A DNA stretch of 64,000 nt from Octopus sinensis (lineage: Eukaryota): the NCBI RefSeq assembly GCF_006345805.1, contig NC_043001.1:46562001-46626000 (forward strand). The letters are read 5' to 3'. The notes under the pieces are model-generated. The model saw only the letters and a program-made list of their open reading frames with translations. It did not search any database and was not told the origin of the DNA. A program made the position numbers and the translations under genes. This document shows, one piece after another, positions 38,088-51,687 of the stretch (within the stretch, counting starts at the first letter, position 1; each line of letters opens with the position of its first letter).

Positions 38088-38460
38088 CGAAGAAGAAACA
38101 GGAGAGGAGGAGGAAAAAGAAGAGTAGAAGAAGCAAAAGATTACACTCACTCTGCTCTTCTGCCACCACCTACATCTCCCCAATACCAATACCTCCTTAC
38201 AATAACTCCTACCACTACGATGACGACGACGACCATCACCACCACCACCAACGTCATATCCTCGTTCGCTACCATCACCGCCACCATCACCTCCCAACCA
38301 CCACCACCACCACCACCACCACCATTAACACCAAAAATTTGTCGGGTAAAGATCAGAGAAATAAATTCTGTTACTGTTATTGTCGCTCTGTTTTGTTCCA
38401 GCTCTTGTGTGCAAGAATATGTTGGGTCTTCTTGTTGCCATTATTGTTGATGTTGTTGTT
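37260..38460. repeat. 1.2-kb field of compound trinucleotide microsatellites (CCA/CAA/CTA, GAT/GAC/GGT, CAC)
   Basis: Directly visible. Confidence 0.95.
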
Positions 38461-39063
38461 GTTGTCGATGTTACCCGGCATTTAAACCTCCACGCTGGGT
38501 TGCTAGCCTCAAAGAGCAATTAGAGACCATTCTCAGAAGAAGAGTACATCAAAGTTCGTCAGTTTAGCATCAATGTGGGTATGTAGGTGTTGAGGGCTTT
38601 ACATGATATTAGGGAATAGGGAAGGACAGGCGGTAACGAACTTAAAACTCTCTCTCTCCCTCTCCCTCCCTCTCCCTCCCTCCTCCCCCTCTCTCCCCTC
38701 CTCCCCCTCTCTCTCTCCCCCTCCCCTCTCTCTCTATATATAATCATTACAGAGCATTACTATATATATATATATATATACATATATATACATATATATA
38801 TACATATATATACATACATATATATACATATATAATTAAATAGATAAACAAAAAGAAAACAAACATAAACAGATGTATATCATATTTATACGTATGTGCA
38901 TACATATCTACATATACATGTGTATATGTATATACACTATATACTATATATACACACAGACACAGGAGTATATATTCTGTGTCTATGTCCATCCATCCGC
39001 CCATCCATCTATCCATCCATCAATCCATCCATCAATCCATCCATCCATCTATACATATATATC

Positions 39064-39097
<34 letters not shown>

Positions 39098-39537
39098 TAT
39101 GTATGTATGTATGTATGTGTGTGTGTGTGTGTGCGTGTGTATACATATATATACATACATACATACATACATACATACATACATACATACATACATACAC
39201 ACATACATACATACATGCATAATACATATATATGCATATATATGCATATATATGTATTAATTTTTGTGCATGTTTGTGTGTTAGTTCGAGGCATTTTCTC
39301 AATGAGAGTGCTCTACAACTAATAAAAAATGAGTTGGGGCTATGAACGACATCCGTGTGAAATATATAGACAGAAATAATACATGTGGAATATACTTTTA
39401 TACAAAACACCTATGCATCGGTGGCCTTCTAGGACTTTCTAGTAGTTTTTTTCTGACTGGTTGCTTCTTCAACCAATGAAAAAAGAGTCAGCTTTCCGTG
39501 AAACCACAAATTGTGATATATGTCTAAGGCATACAAG

Positions 39538-39655
<118 letters not shown>

Positions 39656-40102
39656 ATTTCTTTTGTTCGCATTCGTCTTTCATGTTCGCTCCTTTCTGCT
39701 TCAGCAGCTTATGTTGCTGACGTCAAATTGAAGATTACCGTAGGTATTGAAATTCTGGTGATATTTAGCTGATAACTGATGAGGGATTGAATATGTCCTC
39801 GTCTGTTATGTATGTGCGATGGTATGATATTTAAGAATGTGGATGTATATGAACTAGGGCTCTTCCTGGCCTTGAAGTGTACCAATGAATACCTGTCGCG
39901 CAATAACCTTCTATATGCTTGTCCCACCCGTAACATACAGGAAGACTCACTGTGAGCGCTGGCAGGGATGGACAAAGCCGGACTACCCACCTCTATTATG
40001 TATGTGTTTTCCGGTTATTCTGTATGTTCTTTTTTGTCGTCCGCCTGTGCCAGGTTACTATTATTACTATTATTACTATCATCATCATCATCATCATCAT
40101 CA

Positions 40103-40140
<38 letters not shown>

Positions 40141-40159
40141 GAGAGAGCAGTGCATGCCA

Positions 40160-40670
40160 TCAAAGTGACACTGGGGTAAAATATACGGAGCCCAGTATAC
40201 CCATTATGATTACCCAGCTGATAAGGGTACACCAAGCGCATGCATCACGACCATATATGTGCGCGATATAGTGATCTCGTATCAAAATAAACAGCGTATG
40301 ACCTTGCAGGTGGAGCCCAGTTAGAATTTTCTTGAGGTCGAGTATCCCATCTCGCTCAAAAGGTCCCTGAATAAGGGTTGTTTAAAGATGTTGAACAAAA
40401 CACCAATGTTTCCAAAGGTGAATTATCCAAATCCCAAAGAATTCCTTTGAACACATAGCTATGATTCTCCCCCACTACTTCTGCTTGTGACTTGGATGCA
40501 CACATCGTCAGCCACTAAGCGTCAGGCTTAACTGGTTAAGGTCAAACAACTGACAAGAAAATCTGTGCTGTAGCCCATCTTTTATACCAAGACAAAACAA
40601 TTTACATGATAACACTTCCAATCAGTTAAGATCAGAAGCCATGAGAGCCGCTGCCTGATACTGCATCAGG
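40160..40670 (-). mobile_element. Interspersed repeat, probably LINE-derived, embedded between trinucleotide arrays
   Basis: Unique-looking 500 bp bounded by (ATT)n on both sides and recalled as a common octopus repeat; not verifiable here. Confidence 0.35.
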
Positions 40671-40681
40671 GCATTTATTAC

Positions 40682-40765
<84 letters not shown>

Positions 40766-41005
40766 CAGCAGCAGCAGCAGCAGTAGCAGTAGTAGTAGCA
40801 GTAGTAGTAGTAATAGTAGTAGTAGTAGTAGTAGTAGTAGTAGCAGCAGCAGCAGCAGTAGCAGTAGTAGTAGCAGTAGTAGTAGCAGCAGCAGTAGTAG
40901 TAGTAGTAGTTGTAGAATAATCATCATCATCATCAACTTCATCATCATCACCATCATCATCATCGTTATCGTCGTCATTGTCGTCATCGTCATCATCATC
41001 ATCAA

Positions 41006-41190
41006 AAAGGCGGTAAGCTGGCAGAATAGTCAGTACGCTGGGCTAATTGTTTAGCGGCATTTCGTCTGTCTTTGTGTTCTGAGTTCAAATTCCGCCGAGG
41101 TCGACTTTGCCTTTCACCCTTTCGGAGTCGAGGCACTCGGCTACTCCTCTTCCCACAAAATTTCAGGCCTTGTGCTGCTAGTAGAAAGGA
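41006..41190 (+). mobile_element. SINE family A (alternative tail)
   Basis: Head and core match. Confidence 0.8.
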
Positions 41191-41712
41191 TTATTATTAT
41201 TATTATCATTATTAAAATGTTACCGTGACACACTATTTTCATTGATGAAATATTTTTAATTACTATCTCTTGATAGCTGATGACGGCACACACGTAAAGA
41301 CATACGTACACATGTAAATACATATACACATGTACACAGGCACATCTAAAAAGAAAAAAAAAAGCTGAAGAAAAAGTACATATAAAAATACAATCAAGAA
41401 ATCTTCCGACACTCCATGACACATACCTCACCCTCTACACACCTCCACCACCACCACTATACACATCAGCATCAAAAAATTTGTTGGGGAAAAGATTAAA
41501 GGAGCGTTTGTATTAATGTTTAATCTTAAAATAACTTGTAGAGCGTCTTAAGTGAATAATGATACTTTGTTTCAACGAGCCAAAACTAGCATTGAGCTAA
41601 TGTGTGTTGTGTGTGTGCGCGCGCGCGCGAGCGTGCGTGTATAGTGATAAAAATGGTAAGACAACAAAAGAAAGAAAGAGACCTCGATATTATGTAAATA
41701 GAGGAATTCTTC

Positions 41713-41876
41713 TGTAAATGTAATATGTGACAATTATTCGGTAGCCATGATAAAACTCCGAGTTTCGGAACGACAGCCGGATAACTGAAGAGATGGCCGC
41801 GTGAATTTCCACCTTGGCATCCGAAACTCGGAGTTTTATCATGGCTACCGAATAATTATCACATATTACATTTACA
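41713..41876. mobile_element. Small foldback element or MITE: 57-bp arms, 50-bp spacer
   Basis: 41713-41769 versus 41820-41876, one mismatch. Confidence 0.85.
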
Positions 41877-42227
41877 CACACACACACACACACACACAAC
41901 ACACACACACACACACACACACATTTCGTTTTTGTGTTTGGTTTGCAAGATTCTTTATGTGGATTCGTGTGCTGAAGAATTTTTTATTATTTGGGGAGAG
42001 TGATTCTCTTTTAGTGTCTTATTACTTAACACACTCACCGGTTCGATTTCTACTCACATATTTATTTTTTCGTTGCGTCTTGCAACCTCTTGACTATCTG
42101 TTGACTATTCTTTATCAGAGCTGCGTTCTTTTTGTTCGTTTGTACGCATGTGTGTGCGTCAGTGTGCATGTGCATACACATATGTATACATGTATGTATG
42201 TATGTATGTGTGTGTATGCATATATAC

Positions 42228-42327
<100 letters not shown>

Positions 42328-43149
42328 TCATATTGTTCATTCTTGGTATACATGTGTGTGTGTGGGAAGCATGTATATCCGACAACTGAGACTTCGGCTA
42401 TTTGTGACCTTTCAAGGTATTAATTTATTACCTATTCTTATCTCTTTTTTTTTTCATTTTTTACCCTTTTGACCCGAAGTGCCTGACCTGACCATGTTTC
42501 CCTATTTATTTTACCCTTCTAACCCATGGTTGCTCTTAACTAGTCTCTATAGAAGAGCAATCAGCTAACATCCACATAAATATTCTCTTCGGATTGAGGC
42601 CGATAACTTCGGCTACAATGTAGTTAGAGGATTCCTACAGACGTGTAATTTTGGCAGAGGAAACAGCAGTTGCACTTATTTTGGAAAGCAAATGAAGAAA
42701 AAAAATCTTCTGGTTATACCACAAGAAGCAAACCCTTGTCATTGACTTGTTTTTATAATCTTATCATCTTCCAGTATGAAGTTCTTATAGTGGAGGTAGA
42801 TTGCACACTAAAATGCAGATGTACAAGTCGACTTCATACTTTAAAATGTAAATGGCTACGTAGATCGCACGCTAAAGAGGTATCGGATCCTTTTTGATAC
42901 ATAATCTGCAATATCAGAGTTGAAATGGAGCTAAATAAAAACAACATCAATATTAACGACTAAACATCAACAACCATAAAGCTGGCGTGGATAATAGAGT
43001 AGATTGGAGTTCATTTCGTATTCAGATGGAACTGAAATTATGAAGTCAAATCTGACTAGACGAGCTGGAATTAAGCTCAGTCGATCCTACTGGTGTTTCA
43101 CCGTTTCTGATTGTCACTACATCTATGTACTGATTTCAAATTTTAGCAC

Positions 43150-43325
43150 ATGGCAGCAATTTTGAAGGAGGAGATAAGTCGATTACATTGACTCCTTAAC
43201 TCAACTGGTACTTATTGACTCTGACAAAAAGTCGGCTCCGGCGAAACTTGAACTCAAAACGTAAGGATGGACGAAATGCCGTTAAGTATTTTGCTCGGAG
43301 TGCTAACGATTCTGCAAGCTCGCAG
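43150..43325 (-). mobile_element. SINE family A, diverged
   Basis: Reverse complement of head and core. Confidence 0.7.
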
Positions 43326-44016
43326 CCTTTCTAAGTTTATATAGCAATATCTATACCATTAAATCAATACCGTATCATAATTTCATCATGAGTATGCACG
43401 TAGTTGAAAATCTCAATGGATGTCGGCGACTTTCTGTAAACGAAAGTCCTTACACATCACTGCCACTGTTTTATCGAAGACATTAATGTTATCTTTTGTA
43501 GATAATATTAAATAAAATTGCATACGGACACACAAACACACGAACACTCACACACACACACACAAACACACACACACATACACACACACACATACACACA
43601 TCCTGTTTCTCTGTCTTCGCAGTACGCACATACACCACTAATGCGCACGCGCATATTCATGTGCGTACATATGTATGTTTGTGTGTCAGTGTATATCTAC
43701 ATGTACAAAAATATATATATATATTTATTTGTTATCTTGGAATAATATCATATTGCATTATCTTTCTACCATCTCTCTCTCTCCTTCTTTCCACACACAT
43801 AAACACACATACATATAATACATAAGTGTATGAATGTTGTGCGTGTGTGTGTGTGTGCATATGTGAAAAATATTAATATGTGTGTATATATGTATATATG
43901 CGTGTGTGTACACGCGCGCCCAGATACACATACAAGTACAGTTATACATGTAACTGATGATGAGGACGACGACGACGACGAACTTGATGATGACGACGGC
44001 AACGATGATGATGATA

Positions 44017-44066
<50 letters not shown>

Positions 44067-44703
44067 AAAGATGTTATATGATCTGGCACTGGTTTTTCTT
44101 TATTCCCCTTTTCTGTATTTGTCTTTATGTTTAATACTTTTACTGCTCTGCTCGTCCTAGCGTGTAGGAGACATGTTGGACTTAGCAAAAGCAAGAGAGA
44201 GAACGAGTAGCTTTCCTACGTCCTGGGCCTTCTTGTATATGGATTAACTATTCCGCAGTCATTTAAGACGGCTAGAGGATTAACATTCCAGATCTTTCTT
44301 TTGCTTTGAAGTCTTCCGAGTCTGAGCCTTTTACTGTGACACATAAGAAGGCAGCGTTTTCCTTTTAACTTTTCAGCTTCCCCCTAAAAAGCTGTTCTAG
44401 TTAATGATATTACTTTGTTTTAACGTCTGCTTTTCGCTTACAGATTCACAGCACTATTTTTTTATGTAATTTGTTTCTTCTTTTCCTTTTTCTTTAAACA
44501 AAAAAAAAATGTTAACCTACCCAGTTATGTATTGGTGGCTGCACCGGAATCGGCAATATTATGTTATGTTTTTGTATTATTTTTATGCGTTTATTATTAT
44601 TTTGTTTTTCTTCAATTTGCCCGAGTACCGAATTAACTCTGAACTACAAACAAAAAGTAATGTATCCTTCCGCCATCATCAACTATTGTTGATAGACTTC
44701 TTG

Positions 44704-44817
<114 letters not shown>

Positions 44818-45036
44818 CATCTATCTATCTATCTGTACGCCTGTCTGTCCGTCTGTCTCTGTCCGTCTGTCTGTCCGTCTATCTGTCGGTCTGACTGCTG
44901 TCTACCTACTATGTCCTGTATATATTTGATGTAAATATATTTTATTTTTTAATCTCTATACATATGTTCAAATATCACACACATTTACATATATATGCAT
45001 ATGTATAAGTACGTGTAGTGTATGTATACACTCACG

Positions 45037-45075
<39 letters not shown>

Positions 45076-45307
45076 AAACTCACACACAAACATACGTACG
45101 CCTGTCTTGGATACTAATTTCGTGGAGGAGTTGACAAAGAGTGGGTATGTGTGTGTATCTATGTATGTGTATGTGTGATAGAGAGGGAGAGAGAAAGAGA
45201 GAGAGCAGAGAATCAAACCTATACATGACTCGTACTTTATTTATCGGCCTTGGAAGGATGATAGGTAAACTTGACTCCGGTGGTATTTGAAGCTGGAGTT
45301 TTGGCGT

Positions 45308-46053
45308 TCGAACGCCACGCATCCTTTTCCTTAATAATTTTAATATTTATCTTAATAATTACGATGCGCACTCTTCTATCTCTAACTATCTCTTCTCTGT
45401 CTATCTCTCTCCCTCTTTTTCATCCTTTCTGATTTTCTCTTCCACCCTTCCCTATTCTTCTCTCCTCTTCACCGTTCCCTCTCTCTCACTCCTCCTCCTC
45501 CTCCTCGACTCTCTCGTCGCTGACACGTGACGAAAGAGAATCTGTCTTTCTGCCCACTACCTTCCAAAAGACAAAACATGCTTATACTGTCTCCTTTCAT
45601 AAGCTCGTCTTCCTAGCGCTCATAATAATTTTTCTATCGTCTTGACTTAACAACCCTCACCGTTTGATTTTACTGATTTGTTCTCACTGTCCTGTTCTTG
45701 TTACCACTTTCATCCTCCGCAAAAATCCCAAATTTTATTTAATTTGCTTTGCGGGAAGGTCTGTTTCAACGGAGTCGCGTATTGTCCTTGCCTTTGAAAC
45801 GTGGAGTAGTTGAAACAGGGACAACTGAAGAAGGGAAATATTCTTTATGTTGCATGTCTCGTTTCTTTTTTTTTTCGTTTCTATGTTTTTGTTTTTATGT
45901 TTTCGTTTCTCATTGTATACTACGTCTCTTTTGATGTCCTGTACCCATATATGCATCTATATATATGTAGGTATGTACATATATGTATGTATATATGCAT
46001 ATATTTATATATTATTTATATTATTATATGATTGAACGCCACGCATCCTTTTC
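45308..46053 (+). mobile_element. Penelope-like terminal repeat, one full ~725-bp unit plus the start of the next
   Basis: GAACGCCACGCATCCTTTTC occurs at ~45311 and ~46034 as a direct repeat; CT-rich interior; abuts (TA)n. Confidence 0.6.
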
Positions 46054-46062
46054 GAAGTAAGT

Positions 46063-46127
<65 letters not shown>

Positions 46128-46132
46128 TATAT

Positions 46133-46240
<108 letters not shown>

Positions 46241-46809
46241 GTACGTGCCGTCAGTAATTACTCAGGGTAGGTAGTTGGGGAACTTTATGTGGTAAAACAC
46301 ACAAAAGATAACGAAACACAACCGCAGATTTATTTCTGCCTTTATAGCACGTAAAGAAAATGGTGTTGTAGGAGTGTACGTAGCACATGTACTACATCAC
46401 TTCTATGGGTAGCTTAAATACTGAAATTGAAAGGCCGAGTACATCTGGTCAACGAAATATTCTATTCTGAAGGTAGCTGACGGTGAGAAACATGGTCCGA
46501 GCGAATGGACCCTTTTCTGAGCATAAGCCTGTAGAGTGAGGAAGGCTAAATGGTTAAGGGTATTTCCCTTAGTGGTGAGGATAATCGTGGTTTTTAAGAG
46601 GCTTCCAGCAATTGCACCCCACCACTGCTCTTCTTACTTCGAGAAAACTTTTCTATTTTGATATTTTGAGTTTTTATGGTTTGCATACATGCACGCACAT
46701 ACGCGCGCGCACACAACACACACTTACTACCCGGCGTTGCCCGGTAAATAATGCGGGATTGCTTGCTAGTTTGTTGAATGGGAATCATGGTACTTATGCG
46801 TATTCTGTT

Positions 46810-48235
46810 ATTCTTTTATTTGTTTCAGTCATTTGACTGCGGCCATACTGGAGCACCGCCTTTAGTCGAGCAAATAAACCCCAAGACTTATTCTTTTTAA
46901 GCCTAGTACTTATTCTAAAAGCTGTGCTCCAGCATGGTAGACGGAAACTGAAAGAAGCCCGTCGTATATATTATATGTATATACGACGGGCTTCTTTCAG
47001 TTTCCGTCAACTAAATCCACTCACAAGGTTTGGTCGGTCCGAGGCTATAGTAGAAGACATTTTGTCGAAGGTGCCATGAAGTGGGATTGAACACGAGCCA
47101 TGCAGTTCGTAATAGTAATCTGTTAAATATATGAAGAAAATTGTGAATATGAATGCATTTTCTGAAAGAATACTGCTAATGCTTTCCGTATTAAAGAAGA
47201 AAGACAATTGCACCTTTTGGCTGTTTAAAAGAGAATTTTCATTCCTAATGATGGGGAGAGAATACAAATGTTTCTCTTAGCTTCGGTTGCACCGCTCATT
47301 TCCTTGCATTTCGTACATTTCATTTTGCCTGTTCTTTTACTTGTTACAATCATTGGATTGCGACCATGCTGGGTCACTGCCTTAAAGAGTTTAGTTGAAT
47401 AAATCGTCCTCAGTACTTAATTTTGTAAGTCTAGTCGCTTTCTGTCCTAGTCTTTTATCGGGCCTATAAGTTACGAGGACGTAAACAAAACAATACCGGT
47501 TTTCAAGAGGGAGAAAGGATATAGATATAAACTTAAAGATACACACATAATCATGTATACATACGTATATACAGCACGGGCTTCTCTTAGTTTCCATCTA
47601 CCAAATCCATTGGTCCGGGGATATAGTAAAAAAAAGCTTGGCCAAGGTATTACGCAGTGGGACTGAACCCGAAACTATGTAGTTGAAAAACAAACTTCTT
47701 AACCACATAGCCATGCCTGCGCCTATCTTTTTACATTTTACCTTTTTCTTATCTCAGTCATTGAACCGCAGCCATGTCTTGAAGGGTTTTGCCGAACGAA
47801 TTGACTCCAGTGATGACATTTTATTTTAAAGCGTGCTGCTTATTCTATCGGTCTCTTTTGCCGAACCGATAGATTACGCGGATATAAACAAACTAGCACC
47901 AGTTGTCAAGCGATGAGTGGGTGGGGGTGGGGTGGGCAAAACACAAAACATGCACACACGCACGCGCATACATTCATACACACGTGCGCATACACAAACA
48001 CACACATACGCCCACATACATGCATGCATACATACATACATACATACATACATACATACATACATACATGCATACACGAGGGCCTTCTTTCAGTTTCCAT
48101 CTACTAAACCCACAAGCCTTTAGCTGGTCCAGAACCATAGTAAAAAGCACTTACCCACGGTGCCATGCAGTGGGACTGAACCTTGAAGCATGTAATTGTG
48201 GAAGCAAACTTCTTACCATACAGCCATTTCTACGC
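46810..48235 (-). mobile_element. Cluster of three minus-strand family-B SINEs (46810-47105, 47335-47725, 47750-48235)
   Basis: Each shows reverse-complement family-B modules. Confidence 0.8.
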
Positions 48236-48253
48236 CTATATTTTATCTATTTC

Positions 48254-48486
48254 GGGCGGCGAGCTGGCAGAAACGTTAGCACGCCGGGCGAAATGCGTAG
48301 CCGTATTTCGTCTGCCGTTATGTTCTGAGTTCAAATTCCGCCGAGGTCGACTTTGCATTTCATCCTTTCGGGGGTCGATAAATTAAGTACCAGTTACGCA
48401 CTGGGGTCGATGTAATCGACTTGATACCTTTGTCTGTCTTTGTTTGTCCTCTCTATGTTTAGCCCCTTGTGGGCAATAAAGAAATA
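48254..48486 (+). mobile_element. SINE family A with a probable TSD
   Basis: Full copy; TATATTTTAT(C/T)TA on both sides. Confidence 0.9.
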
Positions 48487-49845
48487 TATATTTTATTTAG
48501 TTTTTGAAAAAAAAAAAGAAACAAAAAATACGCACAACGCTAATTATGATGATATTTCTGGTGATGATGAATGGAGACATATCATGGTGACACGATGGTA
48601 ACGGAGATGGCGGTGGTATGTATGGGTATGACGAGAATGACGCTGATATTAGAGGTTGTGGTGCGTTAATTGTAGTGTGAAGACTCTTGCTCACTGCAAT
48701 GAAGATCTTACTGATGGTGATGGTAACCATACCATTGTTCTTGAAAGTGCATGTGATATGATTGATGGTGGTGGTAATCGGAGCTGACGGCGGTCGTGGA
48801 GGTACATGGGCGTGGTCTCGTTGAACACTGCTGGCTAAGAAGCATATGGCAATATTTCAGACGCTGTATGTATGTGTGTATATGCCTGTAGCTTAGTGTG
48901 AGTGCATGCAAGTTTTATGTCTACGTATGTATATGTATTTATATCAACTTCATGTACGTACGTCTCTATTATAGTTTAATCCTTGTTGTTTTTATTGCTA
49001 TTACAATTAACGTTGGTTCTAGTGTTGTTGTTGTTGCTGCTGTTGTTAATGTTAATTGTTTGTGTTGCTGTTGTTGTATCATTATCGTTGTTTTTGTGTT
49101 GTTGTTGGCGGTGGTGATAGCGATAATGCTATTTTTATTGTTGGTTCTGCTGTTGTCGTTGTTATTGTTGTTGATATTGTTGTTAAAACTGGTGCTTTTG
49201 TTGCTGTTGTTCCTCTTAATGCTGTTGCGGTTATCATTATAAAATTCCTGACTGTAGCACTTAAAATTATTCAATTAAGATAATCTTCGGTTCTTATCTT
49301 AAATATTCCAATAAGCCAGCCCACCGTTCGCCAAAAAAAGCAGATCGCTTTAAAAATATACAAATATATAAAAATATATATAACATGTATGTATGTATGT
49401 ATGTATTATGTATGTATGTATGTATGTATGTATGTATGTATGTATGTATGTATGTATGCATGTGTATATAAATATATGACCGCAGTGAAATGACGGAAAC
49501 AAACAAAAAGAATAAAAGAATATATCAGTAAAATAATAAAGGTAGAAAATATAGAAAAAATGCAAAAACAATTTTAAAAAGCTTTAAATAGGATACAAAA
49601 AGAAAAGGAAAAAAGAATATAAAATAATTAAATAGCCCAAAAATTCAAGACAACACCCCCAAAATCTTGCAAATTTTTCCAGTATTTAATGTACACATTT
49701 CATTTTATTGTTTGTAATCCTTCCCGTTGAATTTTTTTCTGTGGTAAAGAACTCTAAGCTTGTTTATTAATATTATTATTTTTTGGGGGGTAAAGAACAC
49801 TAAACTTGTTTATTATTTTTTTTCTTCATTGTCTCATATGGATAG

Positions 49846-49899
49846 TCTCTGGAATTGGTAGACTTAATTATTGTTCTGCATCGGCTTGAATCAGATATG
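49846..49899 (+). CDS. Candidate 54-nt phase-0 exon: SLELVDLIIVLHRLESDM
   Basis: Long pyrimidine tract plus TAG acceptor, consensus donor ATG|GTAAGT, open frame. Could be a pseudo-exon. Confidence 0.3.
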
Positions 49900-51034
49900 G
49901 TAAGTGAAAAAAGGCAAAAAATGTAAGGTGGCGTGACATGAGATGAAGTAGAGATTAATGCTACGACAGGGAGGGCCTTCTCCGCCGACGAATCACCACG
50001 CCTGAAATGTTAGCTGCTTACTCCATGTCTTGAAATACATAACATCTTTACCTCTCTTTTGTCTTAATATTATAGTTTCAAGCAAACTTGCTGTTAGGAA
50101 TTCAGATTGTATATTTCATGAGTTGAGAATTTTGAGCACGTTAGGAAAGTGTTCTTCAGAAAATGTTGATACCAACGAACGTCTTGGAATTAAAACTCTC
50201 AGCTAAGCTTCTTTTAACTATATAGTTTAATCATTTTTAGGCGAGTTAGTGTGCTCAATGAAGCTTCCTGTGCGAAAAGCATAGTTTCATTAAAGAATGA
50301 AAGTCGAACGACTCATCTGAATTTTCAAAGAAATTCAGGTTCATCTAGTCATTTGAACATTCTTGAAGAAATATAGAAAGGTTAAATCTAAGTCAAAGCT
50401 GGTAGAGAAATTCCAAATATATGAATTTTACATTTCATTTCGACCGAGATTTTGAAGAATCTACAAAAATCGATTTTTAAACATTTGAGAAATGCATATG
50501 AATAAAGCTGGAGAATTAGAAACAGTTCTTTTGCAATTACCGTTCAACATCTAAATAGCTGGGTAGAAATATCGATCACATAATTTCTCTCTCCACCGGA
50601 AGAGTAAGTCATACACTTGCAATATATTTACAAGGAATACTGCTATGTCGCACGTTCGGATACCTTCTACTCAACTATGCTCTATCCTACTCACTGGTCT
50701 ACTACTCGCGTGTGCTCTGCTACTCTGTTCTTGACGTCTAGGCTTCTCCCTCTATATCTACGTATTGAGCTAGCCTATTTCATCGTCTGGGGGCGTCCAC
50801 ACAACAAATACCTGCTCAAGAAATTTCCTTCTTACCAAAGTTTGCCGAACGAAGAAGCTTAGACAGGCCGGACCCCCGAAAGATATCTGGTGTCTAGAAA
50901 TTTAACAGTACAGAATCTAGGGTGTTTAACTGTAAAATGCCGAATGTATAGCTAATTTCATATGAAAAGTGAGTGAAATAAGTAATACAAAACTGTACTG
51001 TATGACATTATTGGCCTAATCATCGTATTTGCTT

Positions 51035-51226
51035 ATGTGTGTAAGAAAATACAGGTGAATCAGCTAAGTATGATTATATTCAACATGTCTCCCTCTTAGA
51101 TTTACACACTTATTGCAGCGGTCACTGGGCTTTTCTAAGCCCTGTAAAAGAACTCGGAAGGTTGAGCCTCCAAACACGCCTTCCGCGATACCCATAAAGC
51201 CAGGAATTTTTCAGCACTCCCTCGTA
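51035..51226 (-). mobile_element. Non-autonomous mariner derivative
   Basis: TIR TA|CGAGGGAGTGCTGAAAAATTCCTGGCT followed by the transposase C-terminal remnant GLEKPSDRCNKCVNLRG...VE. The second TIR is missing. Confidence 0.8.
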
Positions 51227-51256
51227 TGTATGTATGTATGTATGTATGTATGTATG

Positions 51257-51287
<31 letters not shown>

Positions 51288-51296
51288 GCGTGCATG

Positions 51297-51616
51297 CGTT
51301 ATGGCGAGTATCATGACACCCCCTGTGAGAATGGACGAGCCGAACTCGTATAAGTAGCAGCGTGTTTGACTGAGAGTGAGAAATGATAAATCGCAGGAAG
51401 TCGAAAGGTATCGTTCGTGAGTTCGTGGAGTCGCAGGATGTTGTTGAGAAGTTGTTATAGTTCGTTGAGGGTTGTTTGGGATTTGTTACAGTTGTTGGCA
51501 GAGTACTTGGGAATACATCAAGTGGAGACGGTTGGTGTCTACCCCGTTCCGTGGTTCTACATGTCACTGTATTAATGCATGACACTAACGTGATATACAA
51601 AAATCACGTTATAAAA
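51297..51616 (+). repeat. 5' LTR (320 bp)
   Basis: Direct repeat of 54246-54548, roughly 80% identical by eye; followed by the PBS. Confidence 0.9.
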
Positions 51617-51687
51617 GTGGCGACGAGTTGATTCGAATCTTACATTGGTCATTAACAATTTTTGATGATACAAAAAATTCGTTAATT

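Noticed and set aside
39709-39990. 93-aa non-repetitive minus-strand ORF
   Set aside because: No recognisable domain; the competing plus-strand frame is also mostly open; a few ORFs of this length are expected by chance.
44190-44390. 56-codon minus-strand open frame with a possible acceptor
   Set aside because: No homology recalled, no good donor, within chance expectation.
46730-46770. Helitron 3' end (CCCGGCGTTGCCCGG...CTAG)
   Set aside because: Plausible, but orientation is ambiguous and no matching 5' end was found, so it is not called.
51075-51110. Minus-strand PPT plus TG suggesting a second LTR element
   Set aside because: It translates as the mariner transposase C-terminus and is linked to a mariner TIR.
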